A DNA stretch of 34,400 nt from Acidobacteriota bacterium. GTDB taxonomy: Bacteria > Acidobacteriota > Blastocatellia > RBC074. Shown here one piece after another: positions 16,810 to 25,493 of the stretch. The notes beneath the pieces were generated by a model. The model worked only from the letters and a program-made list of their open reading frames with translations. It was not told the DNA's origin and ran no database searches. The stretch covers positions 1-34,400 of the forward strand of contig JBEIJP010000001.1 in the NCBI GenBank assembly GCA_040380245.1. Reading direction: 5' to 3'. The stretch's first letter is position 1. The number at the start of each line of letters is the position of its first letter. The position numbers and the translations under genes were made by a program.

Positions 16810-19137
16810 ATGAAAAGGGGAATGTGGAATGGAGAGCGGGAGAGAAACACAAAAATGTCCCGGATGCGGAAGATCTCCATCTCAGGCAAGGGAAAGGATC
16901 CAGAAAGGATGATTCGTCGGTCGCACTCCGGCGCCTCTTCCCGCGGCATTGTGTCGGGGGAGGTTGGGCGACGCCAGCGATTTCAGCGCTGGGATGCCCT
17001 CCTCTGGGTGGGGATCCTCGTCGGGCTCTCCTGTTGGCTCCTGCTCGTCGGAGGACATGCCAGCTTTGCCAGGGGGCGAACCTCCCCCCTGCTCGCCCCG
17101 CCGAATGGCCCTCAATCTCAACCAGCTCAAGCGGACGATCTCCCAGTCGCTCGAATCTCTTTTCTGTACGGTGAGGTCAGCCATCAACGACGTCGGGATT
17201 CGACGAAGGACTGGGACAATGCCGCCATCAACCTGCCCATCGAGGAGAGCGATCAGTTGCTGACCGGGGATCAGGCCCGGTTGGAGATCGACCTGGGAGG
17301 TCGCCACTACCTGCGATTGTCTGCCAGGAGCCAGCTCCAGATCGACAAGTGGCGATCGGGAGAGTTGGGCCTCGCTCTGCCTCTGGGGACCGTATCCTTT
17401 TCTTCCGGTTCTTCCCGGGCCGCTCGCCAATCGCCCGCACCATCCACGCAGAGCCGTCCCGGTCCATCCGCCGAGCCGGATCAGGATCTTCCATGGAAGA
17501 TCGAGATCAGTACGCCGGGCGCCGCGGTCGCCTTTCTCGAGGGGGGAGATTATCGGGTGACGGTGCGGGAGGATCGTGGCGTCGAGGTGATCGTCCGTCG
17601 GGGACGTGCTGAGGCCTATCGCCAGGAGCTGGGAACCATTGCCATTGCCGAGGGACGCCGATTGACGTTGGGAGGGAGCACGCCTGTCTCTCTCCAGTTG
17701 GGGGATGCCCCTGAGGTCGATGAGTGGGATCGATGGCATCAACAGCGCCAGCAGGAGGTCCTTGCGCGGGGGGAAGTTCCCCGCAGCCTGCGTTACCTGG
17801 ATCAACCCCCGGGCGTTGAAGAGTCGTCGGATCCGTCGACCGATCCCTCCCTGACAGATCCACGCGAGTATGCCGCTTCCTCCGCCTTTGCCCTGGCTGG
17901 GCTGGACGACCTTGACCGATATGGGACCTGGCAACGCGATACGAATTATGGTTGGATCTGGGCTCCTCGCTTTGTGAGTACGGGCTGGGCTCCCTATCGC
18001 CTGGGAGATTGGCGCTGGTATGGGGCCCGGGGCTGGACCTGGGTCTCCTACGAACCGTGGGGCTGGCTGCCCTACCACTATGGGCGTTGGACCTGGTATC
18101 AGGATCGTTGGTTCTGGTTCCCTCGCGGTGATTTTGGCCCAGTCTGGGGCGGATGGCGGTGGTCTCCTCACCAGGTCGCGTTCTTTGGGTGGGGCGACCG
18201 CTATCCACAGGGGTATCGGGATGGATTCCGGGATGGCTATGTCTGGGGCTTCCGGGATGGTCGTGGTTGGATCGGATGGTGTCCATTGGCTCCCGGGGAG
18301 TCCCTTCCCAATCCCTCTTCCCCCGCTCCCCGTTCGATTGCGCAGCTTCGCAACGCGAGTCTTCCGGGTGGAATCAGTGGTCTCGAGGGTCGCCGCTTCA
18401 CCAATGGGCGCGTCGTCGAGATCACGGGCACCCTCCAGGTCCCCCCTGGAGAGCAGGCTGGCGCTCGGGGCAGAGATCTCTATACTCCGCTGCTCGACAC
18501 GCGCGAGTTCCGGCCGGATCCGCGACGTTCTGCCTCCCGCACCGCTCTCGTGGAGCGCGGGGAGGTAGCTCGACGATTAGCAGACCCAAACACCATTCTG
18601 ATTCGGCGGGAAGATTCGCTGGTCCGTCCTGCGCCATCTCTTTCCCGTCCCGGTTTCGATTCCCGCGTCTCTCCCCGTGAGGCGACTCGGATCGAGGGAG
18701 GAGTCATCGTTCGCCCCTCCGTGCCGACGCGTTCCTCTCCTCCAGTCCGAACCGATCGCCAGATCGAACGGATCGATCGCCTCGACCGCCTCGAGCGAAC
18801 GCCGCGTCCTCTCGAGCCGAGTCCCCGCTGGTCGGGCCGGCCGGAGAGTCGCACGATCCCATCGCGCCCTTCCCGAACGTATGAGCCGTATCCCCGGACG
18901 AATTCACCCGTGGAGAGACGCCCATCGGCTCGGCCTGACTGGGGTCGGCCATCCGCACCGCCCAGCCGGCCCCCATCCCCAAGCCGCTCCGCGCCGCCCT
19001 CTTCCAGTCCTCCAGCGCCTCCTGCTCCGCGGGTTATCGAGCGGTCGACCCCGCTCTATCGTCCCGGGCCTGTGCCGGAACGGTCCGCCCCCGCCACCCC
19101 TTCGCGACCCGAGCGGCCCTCCAGACCGGCCCCTTGA
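16810..19137 (+). CDS. single-pass membrane protein with a FecR-like domain, a Trp-rich module and a Pro/Ser/Arg-rich tail
   Basis: ATG at 16810 with GGGAGGGAG upstream. TM (LLWVGILVGLSCWLLLVG). FecR-like segment (ARISFLYGEVSHQ...QLLTGDQARLEIDLGG). Trp-rich module (YGTWQRDTNYGWIWAPRFVSTGWAPYRLGDWRWYGARGWTWVSYEPWGWLPYHYGRWTWYQDRWFWFP). Low-complexity C-terminus. Confidence 0.8.
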   Translation: MKRGMWNGERERNTKMSRMRKISISGKGKDPERMIRRSHSGASSRGIVSGEVGRRQRFQRWDALLWVGILVGLSCWLLLVGGHASFARGRTSPLLAPPNGPQSQPAQADDLPVARISFLYGEVSHQRRRDSTKDWDNAAINLPIEESDQLLTGDQARLEIDLGGRHYLRLSARSQLQIDKWRSGELGLALPLGTVSFSSGSSRAARQSPAPSTQSRPGPSAEPDQDLPWKIEISTPGAAVAFLEGGDYRVTVREDRGVEVIVRRGRAEAYRQELGTIAIAEGRRLTLGGSTPVSLQLGDAPEVDEWDRWHQQRQQEVLARGEVPRSLRYLDQPPGVEESSDPSTDPSLTDPREYAASSAFALAGLDDLDRYGTWQRDTNYGWIWAPRFVSTGWAPYRLGDWRWYGARGWTWVSYEPWGWLPYHYGRWTWYQDRWFWFPRGDFGPVWGGWRWSPHQVAFFGWGDRYPQGYRDGFRDGYVWGFRDGRGWIGWCPLAPGESLPNPSSPAPRSIAQLRNASLPGGISGLEGRRFTNGRVVEITGTLQVPPGEQAGARGRDLYTPLLDTREFRPDPRRSASRTALVERGEVARRLADPNTILIRREDSLVRPAPSLSRPGFDSRVSPREATRIEGGVIVRPSVPTRSSPPVRTDRQIERIDRLDRLERTPRPLEPSPRWSGRPESRTIPSRPSRTYEPYPRTNSPVERRPSARPDWGRPSAPPSRPPSPSRSAPPSSSPPAPPAPRVIERSTPLYRPGPVPERSAPATPSRPERPSRPAP

Positions 19138-19291
19138 GTCGCACCCTTGATCTTTCTTCCAATCGCCCTTCTAATCCCTCAAGCGGGGAGGGTGACACCC
19201 ACCCCGCCTGGAGATGAGGGGGTTCTCGGTGCGGCCGTGGATCTCTTGACCGCTCGACTGTCCGGGCGTAGCGCCTTCCCGTTTTGCGCGT

Positions 19292-19972
19292 ATGCGTGAT
19301 CAGATGATCCAAAGAACCGACTATATCGTCGACGCCTGTGCCGGAAGGACCGTCCTGCACCTCGGCTGCGCCGACATGCCCTACACCAGGGTGCGACTCG
19401 AGGATGGAACCCTGCTCTATGCGTTGGTCGGTCGAGTGGCCGCACGGCAATACGGACTCGATCTTTCCACGGAAGGGATCGAGATCTTGCGACAGGCTGG
19501 CTATGCCGATCTGGCCGTCTCCGATGTTCACCACCTGACGGTGCAGAACCCACTCGCCGGGCAGCGGTTTGACGTCATCCTCGCCGGGGAGATCATCGAA
19601 CACCTCTCCAATCCGGGTCTTTTCCTGGAGAGTTTGAAGCCGCTGCTCCGCGATTCACCCACGCGATTGATTCTGACGACCATCAATGCCTATTGCGCCT
19701 ATCGGTTCTTCTATTCGCTGGTCATGCGCGACGAGAGCGTTCACCCGGATCACGTCTGTTACTACTCCAGGAAGACACTGACCACGCTTCTGGCACGGCA
19801 CGGGTATGACGTCCAGCAAGTCTGCTTCTACCCGATCGGTCGGGAGCACAAGCGATACATCAATCAGGGGCGTGCCCGTCTGCTCTACTGGGTGGATTGG
19901 CTGGCCAGTCGCCTCTCTCCGCAACTGGGCGATGGTCTGATCGTCTCGTGTGTCCTGAGGTCGCCGCCTTGA
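19292..19972 (+). CDS. class I SAM-dependent methyltransferase
   Basis: Motif I-like VLHLGCADM, then LDLS, then DVILAGEIIEHL (post-II/III region). Substrate not inferable. Confidence 0.85.
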   Translation: MRDQMIQRTDYIVDACAGRTVLHLGCADMPYTRVRLEDGTLLYALVGRVAARQYGLDLSTEGIEILRQAGYADLAVSDVHHLTVQNPLAGQRFDVILAGEIIEHLSNPGLFLESLKPLLRDSPTRLILTTINAYCAYRFFYSLVMRDESVHPDHVCYYSRKTLTTLLARHGYDVQQVCFYPIGREHKRYINQGRARLLYWVDWLASRLSPQLGDGLIVSCVLRSPP

Positions 19973-20014
19973 CAAGATCCAATCCTGGCGGCTAGGATCA
20001 AAAATTCTGTTTCC

Positions 20015-20033
20015 CCGGCGATAGTCTCGCCGG
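20015..20033 (+). terminator. weak terminator candidate after the methyltransferase
   Basis: CCGGCGA-TAGTC-TCGCCGG 7-bp stem, followed by the T-containing run ATCATCTTTGTGG. Confidence 0.3.
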
Positions 20034-20068
20034 ATCATCTTTGTGGATCATTTTTGTGGATCATCTTT
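20033..20068. repeat. about 2.6 tandem copies of a 14-nt unit TGTGGATCATYTTT
   Basis: gATCATCTTTGTGGATCATTTTTGTGGATCATCTTTgg, ending 17 nt before the GTG start of the next gene and just before its AAGGAG. Confidence 0.85.
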
Positions 20069-20084
20069 GGTAAGGAGTAGAGCC

Positions 20085-20867
20085 GTGGCAAAAGGGCGCA
20101 TCTCCCCGCAAGAACTCAAGCGGGATCCGTTGATGGAGCAGTATCTTTCCACCACCAGCTGGGTGAAGGGCCGATCCCAGTCGATTCTCAAATCGGCCAC
20201 GGTCGTGGGTATCGTCCTGGTGATCGGGGCGATCGCCTGGCTGATCTTCTCTCGTCGCGCCAACAACGCGGCGGAAGCGATGGCGGAAGCCTTCCGTCAT
20301 CACAACGCGGTTGTCGCCAATCCGATCCCTCCCAACACCAAAGGCTACGCCTACACCACGCAGGACGAGAAGGATCGCAAAGCGTTTGAGGCTTTTGAAA
20401 AGGCCGCTAACGACTACCCTTCCTACAACGAGGAGGTCGGCCGCTTTTACGCCGCGACCCACCAGCTCAATTTTGATCCTGACAAAGCGTTGGCGACCCT
20501 TCAGTCGCTCGCACAAAAAGAGAGCGAGGCTGGCGCGCAGGCACGCCTCGCCCTGGCCAATCGCTACGTGGCCCTTGCCCGCTATGAAGACGCGCTTGCC
20601 GAGTACAAAAAGTTGAAGGAGAAGCCGTACAGCGTCCCTCTCCAGGTGATCGACGTGGCGGTTGCCGAAGTTCGAGAGTCCCAGGGCCAACCTCAACAAG
20701 CGATCGATCTCTATTTCAGCGTCGCCAACGACAGCGCGTGGCGCAGCACGGTTGTTGGGATCCGTGCCGCGAACCGTCTCTCCATTCTGGCGCCGGAGAA
20801 GTATGAGAAGTTGCCTGAAGTGAAATCGAACAATCCGCTCTCGGCGCTCTCGAGCCCCATGATGTGA
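20085..20867 (+). CDS. membrane-anchored TPR-like protein (YfgM-like architecture)
   Basis: GTG at 20085 with AAGGAG 7 nt upstream. One N-terminal TM (ATVVGIVLVIGAIAWLIF) followed by a helical repeat region (ARLALANRYVALARYEDALAEYKKL). Confidence 0.7.
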   Translation: MAKGRISPQELKRDPLMEQYLSTTSWVKGRSQSILKSATVVGIVLVIGAIAWLIFSRRANNAAEAMAEAFRHHNAVVANPIPPNTKGYAYTTQDEKDRKAFEAFEKAANDYPSYNEEVGRFYAATHQLNFDPDKALATLQSLAQKESEAGAQARLALANRYVALARYEDALAEYKKLKEKPYSVPLQVIDVAVAEVRESQGQPQQAIDLYFSVANDSAWRSTVVGIRAANRLSILAPEKYEKLPEVKSNNPLSALSSPMM

Positions 20868-20913
20868 GCGCGGCTGCATTCGAGGGGGCAATCCCCTGTA
20901 ATCTCAAGACACG

Positions 20914-20952
20914 AAAAGGAGGAGATGGCATTGCGCCACCTCCTCCTTTTTT
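20914..20952. terminator. bidirectional Rho-independent terminator between convergent genes
   Basis: AAAAGGAGGAGATGGC-ATTGC-GCCACCTCCTCCTTTT: a 16-bp stem with one mismatch, an A-run on one side and TTTTTT on the other. Confidence 0.8.
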
Positions 20953-20973
20953 CATTGAGATTGGTTGAGGCGA

Positions 20974-23958
20974 TCAAGGGGCTGACCCGGCCTGCCGCTT
21001 CTCCGCCTCCCTCTCCAGGAAGGGAATCCCCTTCTCCATCCAGGCCGGTTTGGTCGCGCCCTTGAGGTGATGGTCGAAGAACTCCTGGAGTCGACGGGTG
21101 TAGTCCTTTTGATTGGGCCGCTTCCGCAGGCCGTGATACTCCCCATTGTAGTTGAAGAGATAGGCCTCCCGGTCGAGACGGCGGAGGGCGAGAAAGAACT
21201 CGATCCCCTGCGTCCAGGGCACTGCGTCATCATTGTCGTTGTGGACCATCAGAATCGGCGTCTGGACTCGGTGGGCGTTGAAGACCGGCGAGTTCTCGAG
21301 AAACCGCATCGGGTATTCCCAGAGGCTGCCGCCGATGCGACTCTGGGTCCGCTCGTACTGAAATTGTCGAGAGAGGCCCGTTCCCCAGCGGATTCCGCTG
21401 TACGCACTGGTCATATTGGCGACAACGGCGCCCGGCGCCGCGGCGCGAAAGCGGTTGGTGCGCGTGACGAGATAGGCGATCTGATAGCCTCCCCAGCTAT
21501 GCCCCTGAATACCGATCGCGTCTTCCTGGATAAAGCCCCGACGCACCACCTCTTCGACCGCGGGAAGGACACACTGAACGGCGCTCTCCCCAGGATATCC
21601 GATGGTGTAGACGATATCGGGCAGGAGGATGACATACCCGTTACTCGCGTAGAAGGAGGGATTGATCGAGGTTCCCGGCGTTGGGGGGACGAAGCGGTGG
21701 AGGTCTTCGGAGAGCTTCTCGTAGATATAGACCATCAGCGGGTATTTCCGATTGGGATCGAAATCGGCGGGTTTGATCAGAATGCCGCTGAGTGGTTGTC
21801 CATTGGTGTTGCGATAGCGGATCAGTTCGGCTTTGCCCCATTGAAATGGTTCCATCTGTCGTCCAGCTTCGCTCACCTTGCGGAGAGATTGGAAGGTGGT
21901 ATCGGTCACGTGCAGATCCGGATACTCGTCGAAGCGGGACGCGGTAAGGAAGAGGGTCTCGGCGTTACGGGCCTTGGTGGGAGCGCTGAAGGCGCGGGCC
22001 GCCATCAGCAGCCGCTCGGGAAGGCCGCCGCCAATTCGATCCCGATAGAAGCCACTCTCGCGGGTCTCCTCGTTCTCCGCCCGCAGGAGGAGCGGCGCCG
22101 TCGGGTCGATCCAGCGCTCTTCCGGGTCGAGTCGGACGTAGCGCAGCGCCATCTTTCCCTGGCGACCGACTCCATCGGTCAGGTTGCGCGCTCCCGCTCC
22201 GTTGGGAGAGATCTGCCACACATCGAACTGGTCATAGACCAGCAGGTCTCGATCCTCCTGTGTCCAGCCGGCAATTCCATACGGGGAGGGGAGATTGGGG
22301 GTATCGTGATCCTCTTGCCAGAAACGCACGGGAAGGGTTGCGGTCAGGTTGGTCACCTGTCCATCGGGGATCGAGATCGAATTCCAGTCTTTTCCGTCGA
22401 AATAGACGGCGTATTTTCCACCCGGTGACCAGCTGAGAGGAAACAGATTCTTCTCGCGAAGGCGCCGACGGGATCCATCGAGGGTGTTGACCAGGTAGAC
22501 GTCGGCGTAATTGGTATCGATTCCGATCAATCGACGGTAGCGTCGATCATCCTGCCCAATCGCCCAGAGGCCGTTCGAAGAGGGGCTGATCGAGTCCATC
22601 GATTCATCGGCGAGAGGAACCAGCCGCTTTTCGTCGAGGTGGAAGACGGCGCGGTACGATCGATTGCGCTCCTGATTGGCGCGCACTTTCTGCATCGGTT
22701 GCAGGTAGTCGTCTTTCCAGTGCCAGAGATCCGCGACCGCCGCCTCGTCCTTTGTCTCCGCCTCGTCCGCAGGGGGAGGCGGAGAGGAAGCCGCACGGGC
22801 CACTCCCAGGAAGAGCCGGCTTCCATCCCGCGCGAAGGTCAGCGCCCCCTTGTCGCTGATCGTCCAGCCAGCCGGAAGGCTGGGCTGATCCGGGGCGATC
22901 AACCCAGCCGCCGGTCCAGGGGGTTGCTCACCCTGACGATCCCGCTTCCAGTGGTAGAGGTCCCAGCGGGGAGATCCATTGCCGGCCTGTCCAGTTGGCC
23001 CTGGAGCAGCCAGAAAGGCGAGCTGGGTCTGGTCTTCGTCCCAGGTCACCTTGGCATAGCGACCGGGCCCCTGCCGGAGAGGAAGGGGAGCAGAGTCGCT
23101 GCCGGGTGAGAGAAGGTAGACCCCGTTCGTCTCCACGTTCTGGGCGGAGACAGCGTAGATCAGGCTGCGTCCGTCGCGGGAGAGGCTCATCTCCAGAACC
23201 TCCTGGATCGTTCTCTCTTGTCCGGTTGAGAGCGTCCGGACGATCATCCCGCTGCCGAGCGGCCACTTCTCGTTCTTGCCGGTGACGGGTGCGGACTCCG
23301 CGCTTGTCTCCGATTCGAGGAGACACGCGACGAACGCTCCCCCGGTCTCGGGAACCTGGAAGCTCTTGACCCGCTCGATGCGCTGAACCTCGCCGGTCGC
23401 GAGATTCATGATTCCAAGAGCATTGCGGGGCATCTCGTTCGCTTTTTTCTTCGCTTTCCGCGCCTCGAGCACCTCCGCCTTGGAGGGTTCGATCGTGAAG
23501 AGCAGGAAGGTTCCGTCGGCGCTAAAGACAGGCCGACTGGCTCGATTGAGAGCCGCGACCGCCGCTTGCGCCGCCTCTGGATCGCTCGGGGTTGGGGTCG
23601 GGATCCGCCAGCCTCTTCCGTGTCGCCACTCCTGCCCACTGACCACCTGCCGAACGACCACCTCGCCATCTCCATCCTGTGGGAGCAGGCTGTACGCGAT
23701 CCATCGCCCATCGCGAGAGATGGTCGCTCCGACCAGCGAGCGCCAGGCGTCATAGTCCGAGTGGCGTAGCGGGCGACGGCTCGCGCTCGCCGGTTGCCCG
23801 ACCACACGGGCCACTCCCCCCAGCAGACTGAGGAGGAGCATCACCAGGCAGGCAGACGATCCGCCTCTTCGCCAGCGGGAGCAGTTCTTTCCAGAGTAAG
23901 ACCCGGGCGGTCGCGTCGTGAGCACTTCTCTCCGAGATCCTGAATGGTTCCTTGTCAT
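20974..23958 (-). CDS. S9-family serine peptidase (prolyl oligopeptidase/dipeptidyl-peptidase type) with N-terminal propeller
   Basis: GHSWGGY nucleophile elbow, Asp in HNDNDDAVPW, His in NGEYHGL. I prefer the ATG at 23958 (MTRNHSG...CLVMLLLSLLGGVARVVG signal-like). The track start at 24096 would overlap the upstream small gene. Confidence 0.92.
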   Translation of the reverse strand: MTRNHSGSRREVLTTRPPGSYSGKNCSRWRRGGSSACLVMLLLSLLGGVARVVGQPASASRRPLRHSDYDAWRSLVGATISRDGRWIAYSLLPQDGDGEVVVRQVVSGQEWRHGRGWRIPTPTPSDPEAAQAAVAALNRASRPVFSADGTFLLFTIEPSKAEVLEARKAKKKANEMPRNALGIMNLATGEVQRIERVKSFQVPETGGAFVACLLESETSAESAPVTGKNEKWPLGSGMIVRTLSTGQERTIQEVLEMSLSRDGRSLIYAVSAQNVETNGVYLLSPGSDSAPLPLRQGPGRYAKVTWDEDQTQLAFLAAPGPTGQAGNGSPRWDLYHWKRDRQGEQPPGPAAGLIAPDQPSLPAGWTISDKGALTFARDGSRLFLGVARAASSPPPPADEAETKDEAAVADLWHWKDDYLQPMQKVRANQERNRSYRAVFHLDEKRLVPLADESMDSISPSSNGLWAIGQDDRRYRRLIGIDTNYADVYLVNTLDGSRRRLREKNLFPLSWSPGGKYAVYFDGKDWNSISIPDGQVTNLTATLPVRFWQEDHDTPNLPSPYGIAGWTQEDRDLLVYDQFDVWQISPNGAGARNLTDGVGRQGKMALRYVRLDPEERWIDPTAPLLLRAENEETRESGFYRDRIGGGLPERLLMAARAFSAPTKARNAETLFLTASRFDEYPDLHVTDTTFQSLRKVSEAGRQMEPFQWGKAELIRYRNTNGQPLSGILIKPADFDPNRKYPLMVYIYEKLSEDLHRFVPPTPGTSINPSFYASNGYVILLPDIVYTIGYPGESAVQCVLPAVEEVVRRGFIQEDAIGIQGHSWGGYQIAYLVTRTNRFRAAAPGAVVANMTSAYSGIRWGTGLSRQFQYERTQSRIGGSLWEYPMRFLENSPVFNAHRVQTPILMVHNDNDDAVPWTQGIEFFLALRRLDREAYLFNYNGEYHGLRKRPNQKDYTRRLQEFFDHHLKGATKPAWMEKGIPFLEREAEKRQAGSAP

Positions 23959-24086
23959 GGCCAATGTTACTCCTTCTGGGAAGTCCAGCCGCTGGGTTCC
24001 ACGGACTGAGGATTCAATTGAATGGTAGATGGAGTCCCACGCGGGGAATCTGCGGGGGCAGGACGAGGGTAACGGGTCGGAGTGGG

Positions 24087-24374
24087 TTACCCCCACAACG
24101 GTCGGCCACGGTAGATGATCTCCCAGCCGCGCGCCACACTCGTCGCGACAGCGTCGTGGTAATGACGGATCGCCTCGCCGCGCGTCGGGTACTCACGCAG
24201 CACGGGCTGCCCCTCGCGCGGATCGAGTTTGATGACGGCGGAGATGAACCTTGGTTCGTAGTCGCTCTCCATCGGCTCTGTCTTCACTCTTCGTTCTGTC
24301 CCGACCAGACCCAGAAAAGAGAAGAGGGAGTGCTTCGTCATAATCGTCGTATAGGTGGCAGTCTTCTCGCGCAT
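24087..24374 (-). CDS. small hypothetical protein (95 aa; may start internally)
   Basis: Strongly GC-rich third positions in the C-terminal 60 codons (MESDYEPRFISAVIKLDPREGQPVLREYPTRGEAIRHYHDAVATSVARGWEIIYRGRPLWG). GGAG lies 8 nt before the first ATG. No family recognised. Confidence 0.55.
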   Translation of the reverse strand: MREKTATYTTIMTKHSLFSFLGLVGTERRVKTEPMESDYEPRFISAVIKLDPREGQPVLREYPTRGEAIRHYHDAVATSVARGWEIIYRGRPLWG

Positions 24375-24453
24375 CGTCAGGCTCCAGGGAGGTCAACTTC
24401 GGGTCGTCAAACGTGTGCCATCATATCACAAGTCACGAAGAGTCGATGGCTCG

Positions 24454-25482
24454 TCAGCGGTCTCTCTGGCGACGACCGGGGCGCTGGAGGAGATAGATGA
24501 CCAGCCCCACGATCGTTCCCAGGGAGAGGAGTAGCTTGTACCCAGCCGGAATGGCCAAAGGGGAGAGATAGGCCTCGATCAAACCCGCCAGCAGAAAGAG
24601 AGGCAGACTCCCGGCCAGGAGTTGGATGGCGATCCGCCCCTCCTCGACCAGCGCCTCTCGCCGGGTTCTGTCCCCCGGGGCGACGATAGCCCTTCCGATC
24701 ATCATTCCAGCCCCGCCGGCAATGAAGATGGCGGCAAACTCCAGAACCAGATGGCCAATCATAAAAGACCAGAGGGCCGTCCCCATCTCGTGGCGCAGAA
24801 TCAGCGCCTGCAGCGAGCCAAACATCAAGGCTGACGGGAGGAGCACCCGAATCGTGCCCACGATTGGAAAGATGCTCAAGCCAAACGACAACAGCCCAAT
24901 TCGGATATTCTGGAGGATGATGGTCGCCGCTCCACGGGAGCCCTCCTCCCGCAGCTGCTCCCACCAGGGGGTTCCTGTTCGAATCCGCTCGATGACCGTT
25001 GGGGAGAGCGAGCAGAATCGCGCAAATTCCTCATCGTGGAGCGTGGCCGCGAACGAGAAGAGCGTGACGCCCAGAAAGATCGCCATTACGGTCAGTGGGT
25101 ACCCTCGATACCGACGAAGGAGCAACGGAAAGTCGGACCGATAAAACCGGAAAAGGTCTGCCCAGCGGTAGGAATCTGGGCGGTAGAGGATGGCGTGTCC
25201 ACGGATCAGAAGATCGTTGAGATAGGCGGCGGCTCGCTCGGCGGCACCTCCCGGGAGGGGAGGCGCCACGGCACGAAGCAGGGCCACGTCGGCCGCTGTT
25301 CTCCGATAGAGCGCCCCGAGCGCGCGGAGCTCCTGCCGGGAGAGTTGCCGAAGCCCGCGACGATCCTCGGCTTTGGCGAGCAACTCCTCCAGTTGTTTCC
25401 AACTCGCGGAATGCTCTTCGATCAATCGTCTTGGATCTCTTCTTGATCCAAGTGGATGAAGTGGATGGGATCGACCTGGCAC
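24454..25482 (-). CDS. SpoIIM-like (DUF95) integral membrane protein
   Basis: Helical N-terminal domain (WKQLEELLAKAE...LGALYRRTAADVALLR), then a multi-TM core (ILQNIRIGLLSFGLSIFPIVGT; IGHLVLEFAAIFIAGGAGMMIG). I chose the GTG at 25482: GAGGA lies 8 nt upstream and overlaps the upstream TGA. The track start at 25638 would overlap the CPBP gene. Confidence 0.78.
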   Translation of the reverse strand: MPGRSHPLHPLGSRRDPRRLIEEHSASWKQLEELLAKAEDRRGLRQLSRQELRALGALYRRTAADVALLRAVAPPLPGGAAERAAAYLNDLLIRGHAILYRPDSYRWADLFRFYRSDFPLLLRRYRGYPLTVMAIFLGVTLFSFAATLHDEEFARFCSLSPTVIERIRTGTPWWEQLREEGSRGAATIILQNIRIGLLSFGLSIFPIVGTIRVLLPSALMFGSLQALILRHEMGTALWSFMIGHLVLEFAAIFIAGGAGMMIGRAIVAPGDRTRREALVEEGRIAIQLLAGSLPLFLLAGLIEAYLSPLAIPAGYKLLLSLGTIVGLVIYLLQRPGRRQRDR

Positions 25483-25493
25483 GATCAAAATCC

